A stretch of DNA of 64,000 bases from the human T2T-CHM13v2.0 reference genome, Homo sapiens. Both the position numbers and the translations under genes were made by a program. The number at the start of each line of letters is the position of its first letter. Position 1 is the first letter of the stretch. The DNA lies in assembly GCF_009914755.1 (NCBI RefSeq), contig NC_060929.1; one strand, 5' to 3'. Shown piece after piece: positions 16,601 through 30,400 of the stretch. The notes below the pieces were generated by a model, which saw only the letters and a list, made by a program, of their open reading frames with translations, was not told where the DNA came from and made no database searches.

Positions 16601-19315
16601 GCCATTCCAGTCATAGCATGATATTGATCACAATACATTGCAAACTCAGCCACCTTCTCTGGAAATTGCTGTGCATGGGACTAAGTGGATTTACTGAGAA
16701 GATAACTGCCAGCCTTAGAAATATTCTGTTGATGGTGACCTGGCAGATTTTATTTATGCCACTGCTTAAGAGTTCCCATATTGGATAAAATTTAGAAAAT
16801 TTTATTGCCCAGTAGGATATCAAAAATCCAGACAAAACATTCATCAGAAACATAACTTACGAATGCCCTCTACTCTGTATGGTTTTTATATTTTTCTGAA
16901 AATCTTGATTTGAACAGTGCTTAACTAAGAGCATGTCTATACTATGTGGCAATTGTCATTTTTTTATTTGAATGGGGCATTATGATTATTCAAAGGAAAG
17001 ACAGATTTGAATGGCATCACGGAGGAGGAAATGTGATAAGTAGCTAGAACAATATGTTAGCCATATAGATATACAACAGTCCCCACTTTCTCTAAGGAAT
17101 GGCAGTGTTGACAAATACTAAGCCATGCCCTTTCCATGATGTACATGTCAATAATTTCTGCTTGACTGAGACTAATTAAAGCAGAAATAATAACTTGGAT
17201 AAATACAGAAACATGGAATTTAAAACAACTGGTACCACACAAAAGACTCCATCTCTCCTTTTTTGTTCTCCCCAGAATCACAATACCAAATATTGACAAG
17301 TCTAGTTCTGGTCAATGAAATATTCTTATAGTGTGATTTCTGAGAGAAATATTGGGCCTGCAATATATCATCTAAATTATGTCAAGTTGCTTTTAGAACT
17401 GCCTTTATCCATCTTTAGTCTTATAAATACTGAGAGAATCCTAAAAAACAAGAAAAAAACCACATTCTTCCTGATTTTCAAATAATTCCTTTTTCATTAT
17501 ATCCGGCATAAGTGGTCAGGGTGTAGCATACTTTGAGGTTTGACCCTAGAAACAGTATTAGTGGGCAACTGAGAAGAAACATCAATCATCAGCATTGGGC
17601 CAAAAACTAACAATTTAATGCAATTTTAAATTGGGTTAAAAAAAGAAATATTAACAGTCAAAAGCTTTGGGTAGTGTCTAACTCTTTGCCATCGAGCTCT
17701 AGCTTAGAGAAGTTACAAGAGCCCCCTTGTGTCTTTAGAGAGTTGCTTTATTGTGTTGGTTTTACAGATGAGAGCTCAAGTTCAGAGAAGTTAAGTGGCT
17801 TGTTCCAGGAGTTATAAAGGAGAACTTGTCTCATACGCAGATACGTTTCTTAATAGAGTCTAACGTTCTCCTTCTATGTCTATCCTTTACTAAAATCCGT
17901 CCTGAATTTTCTTTGACATGATCCCTCCTACTATGCAAGAAATCCTCATTGTTTGAGTGGGGGTATGGAAGGCAGGATGTCTGGCATATGCTTTTCCATA
18001 ACATTGAGGTACAATATATACAAAATGTACACATTACCTGCAAAAGAGCAGAACTAAAAGTTTTTTACAATGCTATACTATGTAAGATATTACAATCATT
18101 ACATCTTCATTTGCAAGATGCCATCAAATGTAAAATATATCACTGATTAAATAACATTTTAAGGAAAAAAGAAGTCTACCTGAAATGCACAGATACATTC
18201 CACTGTAAGACGTGTGAAAAGATAAAGATTATATGTGTTGGAATAAAGGAACAGGGAATTACCATTATATCTTCCCTACCAAAGCGTGTGTTCTTTTTAA
18301 GATATTCAATTTTCAGATCAAACAATATATAGTCCTCTCTGTAACTAGCATTATTGCATCTCTTAAGAAAAACTTTTAAATAATAGAAATGAAAAAGAAG
18401 GGGTGATGTCTCTAATAGTTAGAGGTCCTCAGAAGTGGGGCATTCCCTGCCTCTAAAAATATAAAAGCAAAATTTGGATCATCAACCTTCAGCATACAGT
18501 GGGAGAAAGAGTATGATTTCTTCCAACTCAAAAATTCTGTTGTTTCATTAGAATTAAGAAGAAAGTAAAAATGTTTCAATTGACATAACTAACCAATAAT
18601 AATAGCAATACTAGTAATTACTAACACCATGGCTCATCTCAAGAAATAAAGAAACACTAATCAACAATCTCAAATGGAAGTGGATGGAAGAGAGGAGCTG
18701 ATGGTAGTTAAATCACTTTCTCCCCCTCCATTATTTTTAGTTAAATCGTTTTACATAACCAACAGACCTTTCTGCTTAGTAATCCACTAAGAAATTAAAG
18801 GGTTTGTCTAGAGTTGACAGAAGCCATCATCAGCCACAAATAATTAGTTCAGTGATGAGTTTTTTTCATCCTTGAAAATGCCCAGATTTTATTAATCAAA
18901 ACTGGCTATAGACTTTGTAAAATCATATCCAGGTCTGACAAAGAGAATTGTAAAAAATAATCATGAAATACAAATTTGGAAAGAGCAATAAGAAAGCAAA
19001 CAAGTTGTTGAACTGTTAGAGCAATCTGGAGATGAACTCTGGGAAGAACTTGGTGTCCCCATTATCTGGAAGACTTGGGCTTGGTAATGAGGTAAGCAGG
19101 CTGCTGCAAGCTGAAATCTGAAAAGTCCATGTGCTCCTCTCCACCCTTTGGCTACTAGGGCCAGCTAAAATGACAAGTCCTCCACCCTCCCTTCCACTGA
19201 GATGCTAACTCTTACCTCAGAATTATAAACCTGGGGCCCTGGCTTCATATTGGCTATGTTTCCTGGAAGAAAATGACAGTCAGTTGCTTCTATTTGGAGC
19301 TTAAGAGCACACTGA

Positions 19316-19370
19316 AAACATTCAGATTGTGTTGTTATTGAGGAAGATGGTTGTGCAGTGGACAGGGAGA
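19316..19370 (+). repeat. 55-bp direct repeat, copy 1
   Basis: 53/55 identical to 20416-20470. Confidence 0.9.
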
Positions 19371-20339
19371 GAAATGAAAAGAGAAAGAAGAAAAACAGCT
19401 TTGCACCATCCTAATGCATATCTAATCTGTAACTCTATGCCAGGGGCCCTCACACCAGGGTGCTGAAAGGATGTTCTAATTGCCTAATGCGGAAGGCCCT
19501 GCCATTGTCCTTGGCCTTTTTATCAGAAACCCAGGTGCAAACCAGAGAGCTGTCAGGTAGCAAGAGTGTCTTGTAGAACAGCAGAAGGCAATATGGAAAT
19601 GAAGGTAACTTGGCCTGTCAGCTAAAATTACAAGGAGCAGAAACAAAAGTCAAATCAAATGTTATTGTTTCCTTGCCACTGCCCAGTGCAACCAAGCATA
19701 TGGAAAGCTTGAATTCTCGCTAGTCATGAAAGAGAAGAAGGAAAAATATGATTCCATCCGACTAAACCCAATCTTCTCACAGTAGAAAATGGCTCTTTTT
19801 TTCTTCCTTCTTTTTGCAGATTCTTAGCAAAATCTATTAAAAAGGGACCTTGGAAATTTAGATTGGGGATCTGTGTTTAAAGGCCTATTAGCCAGATGAA
19901 TCTTGGTCCAAATGATTGATAGCTTTTGGCTTAACATCTTTCTGGAAAAGTCAGGTTTTTCTTCTTCTCAGGCTTGTGTTTGTTCTTTTTTTTTACTGGC
20001 CAGTTACTTGCAGTGGCTTATAAAGAGAAAAGCAGAGGAATGGCGAGTGGGGGGCGGGGGGACGGTTAGGGGTCCTGGGGTCTTTCCCCATTTCTGTAAT
20101 GACCTTCAGGAAAGTTGGTGACACTTCCTGAGCCTCTATTTTATCACAACTCAGAGGAGGAATCTGAACTTACAATATTTAAGCTTCTTTGCTGTTCTAA
20201 AGCCCTGATTCTTTGATTTATTAACCCTCACTTTGAACGCCTCCTTACTGACATCTTTATCCTCTTCATAGGGACCATTATGTTGGATTTTTCTCTCCTT
20301 CTCCAGCAATATAATTCAAATTTTTCTGCCTGTCTTCCC

Positions 20340-20545
20340 AGGGATGGTTTCTGTAACTTTAACAACTTTTGCTGCTCTCCTCTGCACCTTTCTAAAGTTA
20401 CATCTTGATGGTAGCAAACATTCAGATTGTATTGTTATTGAGGAAGATGGCTGTGCAGTGGACAGGGAGACTGCAGTGCACAATCTGAATGAAGAGAGGC
20501 TCAGATGAAAGTCTGACCAGTGCCAACATAGGAGAATCACCCTAT
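20340..20545 (-). mobile_element. CR1/L3 LINE remnant, interrupted by the 55-bp copy
   Basis: tttgctgctctcctctgcacctttcta ... tcagatgaaagtctgaccagtgc resembles antisense L3 RT 3' region. Confidence 0.45.
20416..20470 (+). repeat. 55-bp direct repeat, copy 2
   Basis: 53/55 identical to 19316-19370. Confidence 0.9.
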
Positions 20546-23049
20546 GCACCCTTCCCCATGTTTGACAGATTCAAGCATCTGATCCCACGTGCTGTGCTCT
20601 GCAGAGTGCAAGTAGAGAGATCAGTCTGGTCCTAGACTGACTCTGCCACCACACGCAGTGACTTTGCTCCAGCAGCATCCCCTCTTTGGAGTTCAGCTTC
20701 TTCCTCAGCTAAAGAAAGGAGGGGATCATCTGACTGAGCTGTCTTCCAGCTCTGTGATAAATTATTCTGAGATGATCAGAGCTCTTATACCCATGCTTGC
20801 TCCAAGCAATCCCAATTGTATTTCCTGTTTATGTAGTTCGTTTTTATTTCTTATCTTAAATATATTACCAAAACAAAACAACAACAACAACAACAAAAAC
20901 CTCTCCTTTTGAAGACCATCCCAGACGTATCCTACTTCATTTACAAATGGTTAACTTTGTGTTTAAATTTCATCTCCCAGAGAAGAGCTATTAACATCCA
21001 CTTGGTTGTCAGGGCCCCTCTTCCATTAGCAGGTCATTAATAATCAAGTTAGTAATAACAGGCTGACACTGTATTTTGTAGAATTCAATATGTACAACCA
21101 GGCTCATAGTAACTCATTGATAAGTGCAGATTTCATTCATTTTGAGTAAAATAGATTTTTTAAAATGTCGATATGATTAGGCGGTGAGAATTGGCAAAAT
21201 TGAACCAGTAGAAAATCTGAATGAATGAATGAATCTGAATAAACTGATTTTTATTTCCTAGGAATAACAAGTTTTAAGTATCTATTATGTGCCAGACTTT
21301 ATTCTAAGTGTTTTATATATAACACATTTACTTTAGTGATGGTTAAGGTAGGACAGGTGGCTAAAAAAGGACTCCCTAATATATTCTATTAATGCAATGA
21401 AGCCTCTAGGAGTCCTTAATCTTTGCCAAGGATCACAAGCTCACATGCCTCCAGAATCTGGGCCACTCACATAAATAAATGAACAGAGCTGAGTATGAAA
21501 CAATAGGAAAGAAAGGAGACTGTGTAGAACAGGAGAGTTCAGGCTCCAACTGGTCATTGCCTTGCTGGAATGCTATGTTGTACCTAAATTGTGACATTTT
21601 ATTCAACAAAATCCAGAAATCTTCATGTAAATGTGGTATTCCCCTCTTGTTTCTAAAACACTGGACAGGCTAAACAAAATGCATCTGAGAGATACATGTG
21701 CCTCCCTTGCCCCTACTCATGGCCTTTGCATTTGTATACATCACACACTCCTGTCCTGTTAAAGGCAACCTCCTATTATGTACAGTGGGAGACCCTGGCT
21801 TTGGAATGCCTCATGTAGGAGCTGAGTGACCTCTCTGACTAGGGATTCAGTTTCCTTCTGTGTAACTCCTTACCTCCTTTGCAACCAGAACTTTCCCTTA
21901 GTAAGCAGTTCAGCTATTCCATCCTCCTTGAGATGGTTTTCCTCTCCTACATTTCTTCCTTATTGTATCATGCCCAGTGACGGCAGAGGGTCAACAGGCT
22001 TGCCTTGAAGATGCAGGTTCTTCATCCCTGGATGACTTCCTGCAGCTGAAGGCCATAGCCATCACTACCACTTATGAAGGACCTCATAAGCAGCCTTCCC
22101 ATTCTCCAAGACTTCACTTTCAGAGCACACTTACAGAAGATTTGAACCCCTCTCTGAATCTTGCAAGAACTATACCTCAGTCTCTTTTCCTACTACCTGG
22201 GATCCTCTCTCAAGAACCATAAATTCCCATTTCCTCCTGCTTGGAACTCTCAGTTTGGTTTCCTTCCCTAGTGTTTGAGACAGACAAGTCAAAGTGTGTT
22301 ACAGCCAGTGAAAATGTAATGGAGTAGGGATGATGGTGATGCAGACCCCTCTCTGTGTAATCAATGTCTGATGCAATATTGTCCCATAGCAACAATATTA
22401 AACTTAGAAAGTTAGTTCTGAAGTACTGTTGTGTGCATACCACCATGAAACTGGATGAGAGATGATTAGATTTTTCCACATAAGTGTCCATTAAAGGACA
22501 GGGGTTGTATATCCCACCATTTCCCCAAGCCCCATCTACCCTCTGTGAAGTTTTTGTGAAGACGTATGATTTATCTTGAAAGTTTATAAGCATTTTTGCA
22601 TTCCGTTCCTTGTTATATTTACTTAAATTTTAAAATATCTTAGATTATTTATATACATAAAAGTAACCACTCTCCAAGATGTAAGCTATATTTATTCTGG
22701 GCTTCCAGTATACCCCATATGCTATATGCTATTATATATACTTGGTAATATACGAACCCTAGACTGAGAACCACAGACCAATATAATGGCTTAGACTAAA
22801 CTTTATAGGCAAGCCTAAACATTTAATTACTTTCATGTGCAAAATTATTTCCATGGAGTTGCCTTACAAGTTATAAATACAATTTGAGGCATGCCTTTTT
22901 CCAAATTTGAGACTTATTACAAATGGCCTATCTTCAACATTCATACTTTCCATATACATTTGTTGAAAAGGTAAAGAAAATCCATCTCAATTGGTGGCCA
23001 AGAATATGCTATGTACAATACTTTCAAACTTCAAAGTAAGCTTATGAAG

Positions 23050-23929
23050 TACTAAAAGGAAAACCTGTTTTTCTACTCACATATTTCTGACACCAAATGT
23101 GTGGGTTTTCCACACTAAGCAATTCTCCAGTTCCCTGTGGATACCAAATGAGTGCCATACAATTTTAATTCAATTTTGACACTAACTTAGGGCAGACCCT
23201 GCAGGTTAAGGGCTCAGTTTCACAAGATGGTTCCCCACTTCAGACACCAATCACAGCACTGGGTCCTCAGGTTGCTCTCGCTACTGTCCAACTGAGCTAT
23301 GAGGTGGGGATTCCCATGACCTCCTCCTCAGGTTTGATAATTTGCTAGAGCAGCTCACAGAACTCAGGGAAACACTTTACTAATGTTTACTAACTTATTA
23401 TAAAGAACACAGATGGGCAGCCAGATGAAGAGGTACACAGGGCAAGGTCTGGAACTGTCCTCAATGCAATAGGTTTGCCCTATGGAAATGGGATGTATCA
23501 CTATCTCAGCAGGTGGATGTGTTCACCAACCTGGAAACTCCCCAGATCCTATTGTTTAACATTTTTATGGAGTTTATATTACATAGGCACAACTGATTAA
23601 ATAATGATTTAATTGGTAATCAACTCAATCTCCAGTCCTTCTCCCATCCCCTCCTCAAGTCACATGGTTTGCTCCTCTGGCAATCCTAGCCCTCACCCTA
23701 AGCTACCTAGAGGCCCCTAGCCACCAGCCATCTCCTTGGCACACGAAAAGACATTCATCACACAGAGATCCTAAGGGTGTTAGAAGCTCTTGTGTCAGGA
23801 ACTAAGGACAACTATTATAATAAAAGATACTCTTATCACTCCAATCATTCAAGAAATTACAAGGGTTTTAGAAATTCTGGGTTAGAAACCAGGGAAAGAG
23901 ACAAAATACATATTTCTTATTATGTTACA
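23050..23929 (-). mobile_element. MER21-family LTR
   Basis: caggttaagggctcag...cccacttcagacaccaatcac...gctcacagaactcagggaaacactttac; ends catatttcttattatgttaca. Confidence 0.75.
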
Positions 23930-24103
23930 AATACTATTGGTATTCATCATTTTACAAATTAAAACAGAATGGGGTGGTCAAACTGCTAATGGGGGCCCTG
24001 ATCACAAAGCCAGCAGAAAGAAGCAGTAGAATAGATCCTAAAAGAAGGGAGGAAGGTCCCTTGGAATGAATGTTGTCTGTACCCAAGGCAGGCATTATAC
24101 AGA

Positions 24104-24723
24104 AGTAAACCAAAAATGTGTCTAAGACAGGTCTCAATCAATTTAGAGGTTTACTTTGCCAAGGTTGAGGACACACCTGGGAAAAAGAGACACAAGCTAT
24201 TGTAGGATCTGTGGCCAGCACTTTTTCCAAGGAGAGTTTTGCGGGCTTCAGTAGTTAAGGGAGAAAAAGCAGACAAGAAGGGAAGGAGGAAGGGAAATAA
24301 AGGGAAGGGTAGAAAAATGAGAGAGTGGTTATATTCTTTTGAGGCTTTGATTAGTGCTCACTGAATCCGTGTGTTGCATGTGAAAATCAGGGGGTAGAGG
24401 AATAGTTTTCATCTTGTGCTCAGTCTGTACGTTCCATAAGATAATCTTATAGTAGTGGAAGAAATCAAACATACATTTATCTCGGGGTGGGCAGATGGGT
24501 GATTTCTAGTTTCCTCTCATCCCATACTCATGAAGGTAAGCTGTTAATTTACATTGTCAGGGTAAGGAAGCCACTTGGGGAGATACCTGGCATTCTATCA
24601 TGTAGCTATCTGTTTAGGAGCAAAAGGAAAGGCAGGGTTGTTTTGCATGACTCAGTTTCCAATCTTAACTCTTCCTTGTGGCATAGTATGTTTAGTGTAC
24701 CAAGATTTTATTTTCCTTTAACA
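24104..24723 (-). mobile_element. MER4-family ERV1 solo LTR
   Basis: gtaaaccaaaaatgtgtctaagacaggtctcaatcaatttag ... agattttattttcctttaaca. Confidence 0.8.
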
Positions 24724-24754
24724 CAAGATAGTTTAAAAAGGTTCCCAACCAAAA

Positions 24755-25972
24755 CTGGCTAACCATGTGTAGAAAGCTGAAACTGGATCCCTTCCTTACA
24801 CTTTATACAAAAATTAATTCAAGATGGATTAAAGACTTAAATGTTAGACCTAAAACCATAAAAAACCTAGAAGAAAACCTAGGCAATACCATTCAGGACA
24901 TAGGCATGTCATGACTAAAACACCAAAAGCAACGGCAAGAGAAGCCAAAATTGACAAATGGAATCTAATTAAACTAAAGAGCTTCTGCACAGTAAAAGAA
25001 ACTACTATCAGAGTGAACAGGCAACCTACAGAATGAGAGAAAATTTTTACAATCTACCCATCTGACAAAGGGCTAATATCCAGAATCTACAAAGAACTTA
25101 AACAAATTTATAAGAAAAAATCAAACAACCCCATCAAAAAGTGGGCGAAGGACATGAACAGACACTTCTCAAAAGAAGACATTTATGCAGCCAACAGACA
25201 CATGAAAAAATGCTCATCATCACTGGCCATCAGAGAAATGCAAATCAAAACCACAATGATATACCATCTCACACCAGTTAGAATGGCGATCATTAAAAAG
25301 TCAGGAAACAACAGGTGCTGGAGAGGATGTGGAGAAATAGGAACAATTTTACCCTGTTGGTGGGACTGTAAACTGGTTCAACCATTGTGGAAGTCAGTGT
25401 GGTGATTCTTCAAGGATCTAGAACTAGAAATACCATTTGACCCAGCCATCCCATTACTGAGTATATACCCAAAGGATTATAAATCATGCTGCTATAAAGA
25501 CACATGCACACATATGTTTACTGCAGCACTATTCAAATAGCAAAGACTTGGAACCAATCCAAATGTCCATCAATGATAGACTGGATTAAGAAAATGTGGC
25601 ACATATACACCATGGAATACTATGCAGCCATAAAAAAGGTTGAGTTCATGTCCTTTGTAGGGACATGGGTGAAGCTGGAAACCATCATTCTTAGCAAACT
25701 ATCGCAAAGACAGAAAACCAAACACCGCACGTTCTCACTCATAGGTGGGAACTGAACAATGAGAACACTTGGACACAGGATGGGGAACATCACACACTGG
25801 GGCCTGTTGTGGGGTGGGGGGAGTGGGGAGGGATAGCATTAGGAGATATACCTAATGTAAATGATGAGTTAATGGGTGCAGCACACCAACATGGCACACG
25901 TATACATATGTAGCAAACCTGCACATTGTGCATGTGTACCCTAGAACTTAAAGTATAATTAAAAAAAAAAAA
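24755..25972 (+). mobile_element. 5'-truncated LINE-1 (L1PA4/5-like)
   Basis: ORF2 C-terminal ORFs at 25154 and 25504; 3'UTR; poly(A); TSD GTTCCCAACCAAAA at 24741-24754 and 25973-25986. Confidence 0.95.
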
Positions 25973-26519
25973 GTTCCCAACCAAAAAATAAGATTTGATA
26001 AAATGAAAGCAGAGAGTTCTGAAAAACCGGAGCTTAGAAAATGCAGACAAACATATATTGTTGGAACGAGTAAAGGACAAATAAATGAGAAATGAAGTAA
26101 AAGAATGTCTTAGGTTTCAAATGTGCTCTTTTTCAGCTCTGTTTTATATGTGTATTCAAAAGAAATGGAAAAAAAAAATCCCAGAACATTTTTCTTTTAA
26201 GAGTCTTCATTCTTGAAGTGTGCTAAAAAATCAAAAACATTTTAATTTAAAAGAAAACTTTCTCCAACAAGAAAAGGGAAAGTTTTGGTTTATAAAAAGA
26301 TTGCACTATTATTAAAAGGTATAAGTTGGTTTCCAATTGCATTTGTTAAATTGGAACTGTCTTCTAGTGAACCCATAGGCTCTTTATTCCAGACATGATT
26401 TTTGGATGGAAAGAACATGAACACTTTTAAGCTTCCATCTAGAACCTAAGAAGCTAAAGCAAAACAAAACAAAATTGCACATCGCTGAGGCTTGAATGGC
26501 AGTGGCATAGTAAATGTGA

Positions 26520-28080
26520 AAGCAGCTTTATTGGGGTATAGTTTATATACCATAAAATTCACTCTTTGCACATGCACAATTCAAAAATTCGTAGTAAATT
26601 TGTAGAGTTGTGCAGCATACCCCAAAGTCCAATCTTAGAACATTTCTACCAATCTCAAAGTTCTCTCATGCTCGTTTGCAATCAGTCCCAGCTTCAACCT
26701 CTAGTCCCAGGGAAACACTGCTTTCTTTCTCTATAGATTTGTATTTTCTAGAAATTTTGTTTAAATGGAATAATACAATATGTAGTCTTTTGAGTCTAGC
26801 TTCTTTTGCTTTGCATAATATTTTTGAGGTTCATTGATGTAGCATGTATCAGTAGTTCATTTCTTTGGGTTGCCAAATAGTATTACATTGTTCACACATA
26901 CCATATTCTGTTTATGAATTTTGATTGCATTGGATATAGTTTTTGGCTAATATAAATAAAGTCACAATAAACATTTGTGCACAAATTTTCAGGTGGACAT
27001 ATGTTTTCATTTCTCCCAAGTAGTTACCCAAGGAGCTGAATTGCTGGGTCACATGGTAAATATATGTTTCAATTTTATGAAAATGCCAACATTTATAAAA
27101 ATGGCTACACCAATTTACATTCTCACCAGGAATGTATGAGGGTTTGAATCTTTCCACATCCTCTCCAACACTTGGTATTGTCAATTTTTTTGTATTTTAG
27201 TTATTCTAGTGAGTATGCACTGGTCTCTCACTGAGATTTTAATTTGTATTTCCCTGCTGACTAATGATATTGATCATGTTTTTATGTTCTGTTTAGCCAT
27301 TCATAAGCCTTCTTGGGTGAAATGTCTTTAAATCTTTTAGCTCCATTATAATCAGGCTGTTTATCTTCTTATGAAGAATGTTTTTAAATTTTAGAGACAA
27401 GTCTTTCATCAGATATATAATTTACACATTTTTTTCATTGTGTATGGCTTATGCTTTCATTTTCTCAGTGATGTTTTTGGAAAAGCAAAAGTTTTTAATT
27501 TTTAAATTCTTACTTGGGAAGCTGAGGCAGGTGGATTACTTGGGCCCAGGAGATCAAGTGTAGGTAGCATGGGCAACATAGTGAGATCCTGTCTCTAAAA
27601 AACAAGGTTTTAATTTTGAAGAAGTTCAATTTATAATTTCTTTTTCTCTTTAAGATCTTGCTTCTCTTTAAGATCTTGCTTTTGGTGTCACATTAGTGCC
27701 CATGGTGACAAAAATTTTAGATTTTCTGCTAGTAGTTTTATAGTTTTTGCTTTTACATTTAAATTTGCAATTGATTTTGGGTAATTTAGTTAATTTTTTA
27801 TGTGATGTGAGAAAAAGATAAGTTCATTTTTTTGTATATGAATATTCAATTCTTCTGTAACCATTCTCGAAAAAGGCTATCATTTCTCCCACTGAATCAC
27901 CTTGGTACATTTTACTGTAAAGCAGTTGATTATAAATATAAGAGTTTCCTTCTGGGACTTCCTGTTCTATTCCATTGATCTGTCTATATGTTTATATTGC
28001 AATACCTGTCCCATACCTGTCAAGGTAAGCTGCCTTGATTAGTGTTACTTTATAGTAAGTTTTGAAATCAGGAAGTGAAA
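26520..28080 (-). mobile_element. Old LINE-1 3' portion (L1MB-like)
   Basis: Antisense L1M 3'UTR and ORF2 end (minus ORF ...EMKTYVHLKICAQMFIVTLFILAK). Confidence 0.8.
27510..27602 (+). mobile_element. Alu monomer fragment (FLAM-like) inside the L1M
   Basis: tacttgggaagctgaggcaggtggattacttgggcccagg...gggcaacatagtgagatcctgtctctaaaaaa. Confidence 0.7.
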
Positions 28081-28209
28081 AGTCATCCACGTGACTATCA
28101 CAAATCTGCTGTTGATCTTCTCTAGCTAATTTTCATTTAAGTTATTTTACTTTTCAAATCTAGAAATTCCATTTGTTATAGTTTTTATATCTCTGTTGAG
28201 ATTCCCCCC

Positions 28210-29250
28210 TTTTGTTTTTTTAATCTTCTAACTTTACAAGTTTTAGATTTATAGAACATTTGCAAGAATACTGTAGAGCTCTCATGTAGCCCAAACCAAA
28301 TTTTCTATTGTTAACCTATTGTATTTGTAACAACTAATGAACCAGTTTTGATCCATTATTATTAAAATGCATACTTTACTCAGATTTCTTTAGTTTTTAC
28401 CTAATGTCCTTTCTCAGTTCCAGGGCCCCATCCAGGATATTACATTATATTTAGTCATTATTTCTCCTCAGCCTCCTCTAGACTGTGACAAATTCTCAGG
28501 CTTTTTGTGATTTTAATGACCCTTGACGGTTTTTTAAAGTAATGATTAGGTATTTTGTAGACTGTCCTTTGATTTTAATTTGTCTGATGTTTTTCTCATG
28601 GTTAGGGTTAGACTGAAATTATGGGCTTTTGGGAGTAAGACTGCAGAGGTATAAGTACTATCCTCATCACATAATATCCAGGGCACATACTATTAACCCG
28701 ACTTATCACAGATGACATTAACCTTGATCATCTGGCTTTAGAAGTATTTGGTTTCTCCACTGAAAAGTTGTTTTTTGTTCCCAGTTTTCCATACTGTATT
28801 CTTCAGAAGGAAGCAATTATGCACATCTTACACTTAAATATAGAGAGTTACCTCCACCTCTTTGAGGTGAGAGTATTTACTAAATGATTTGAAATTCTTC
28901 TGTACAGGAGATTTGTCTATTTTCCCTTATTTATTCAATAACTTACTCCTATTAGTAGGGAGATGGATATTTCTTTTTACTTTGGGCTATAATCCAATAC
29001 TACATTATTTATTTTGTTGCTGAAATTGTTTCAGATTTGTCCATTGGGAGCTCTTTCATTTAGATCTTGTGTCCCTTTGCCATACCTCCACTATTACGGT
29101 TTTTTGAGCATTTTCTTACTCTATGACACTGTAAGTCACTCCAGGGTCATCTTGTATATCCCTGCCCCAGCCATTTCTTCAAGGACTGCTGTGTTCCTCC
29201 AGTGGAGAATAGTATTAGAAACTAAAATCTGAGTGCTGGTGTCCCTATTT
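28210..29250 (-). mobile_element. Old LINE-1 3'UTR (L1MC/L1MD-like)
   Basis: tttttacctaatgtccttttctcagttccaggg...ccatccaggatattacattatatttagtc. Confidence 0.7.
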
Positions 29251-30400
29251 GTTTTCACACTGTCATTATATTTTCCTTTAATTCTTTGAATGTATTTATA
29301 ATAATTATTTGGCATCTTTGCTGATGCCAACATTTGGACCTACTAGATTTCATTTCTAATGACTGCTTGCTTTTTCCCTGAGTAAGGCTCACACTTTCCT
29401 ATTTCTTTGAATGTCTCAATTTTTTGTTGTTGAAAATTAAATTGTGATAATTTTAATAATTAAATTATAACAATATACTATAGCAAATCTGGATTCTGAT
29501 TTCCCCCCATGGAAATTTTTCTAAAACTCACCTGGATTTAATTTATGGAATCCATCTCTGCAATGGTGTGAAGCCATTGATGTCTCTGCTTAGATATTTT
29601 ACTCTTATTTTTACTTTTCATCTGACTTGTTAGGAGGTTGCTCCCAAGTCTGCATAGTATCTCTTGCTTATTATTCAGGCAGTGATGGAGAAGATGCTGT
29701 CCTTAAAAAGTTCCATCCCTAAGGCATCCACCTCTCCCAGTGGACCTGTGTGCAGGTTGGGAAGTGTATTACAAGTTCAGGCTTTTATGAATTCTGTCTC
29801 AGCTTCTCCCTTCTACCAGGACTCTCAGATCTCCCTTGCACATGTCAGTAATTTTCCAGTTAGGCAGAGACATATGAAGGGCTCATACATTCCTTCTCTG
29901 ACTTTCTTTAGTATCTCCGTGTTAAACTCATGGCTGGTCCACCACTCTCACCAACTGGGACTGCAATCTTTTGCTAGCAGAGCTGTGGATTTTCTCTTTT
30001 ATTTTCTACCAAAGGTATTACTTTTATTGACAGTGCTGACAGGTATGGATTTTCCTTTTTGCTCCAAATTGAGTCAGCCTCCCATGGCAAGGAAGCTGCT
30101 GTTTGTCATGGTTCACCCAATTCTGATACTACCATAGCACAAAGTGAGCTGAGGTAGCAGATGTAGATGGGTATAGCCCCAACCAAAAAGGCTGAAGGTT
30201 TCTACCGTTCTTTCCTAAATTTCTGGGTTTCTTTTTTTCATGAATAAACACCTTTCAATTTTTCATTTGCCTTTGCTTTAGTCAATTTTCAGAGCACTTA
30301 TATGGTTTTATGGGTTTTTTTTAAACAGATTTATGTTTTTTGTTGGGGAGAATATTAGCGTATCTCTTCACTTCACTATAGCTAGAAGTCTGTCTCCTGC
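29250..30400 (-). mobile_element. Old L1M 5' region fragment
   Basis: Similar to 43320-43960 (ctgtgtgcaggttgggaagtg vs tgtgtgtgggttgaggaatgc); typical antisense L1M 5' text. Confidence 0.5.

Noticed and set aside
27644-27679. 18-bp tandem duplication TTCTCTTTAAGATCTTGC x2
   Set aside because: Ordinary slippage inside an old L1
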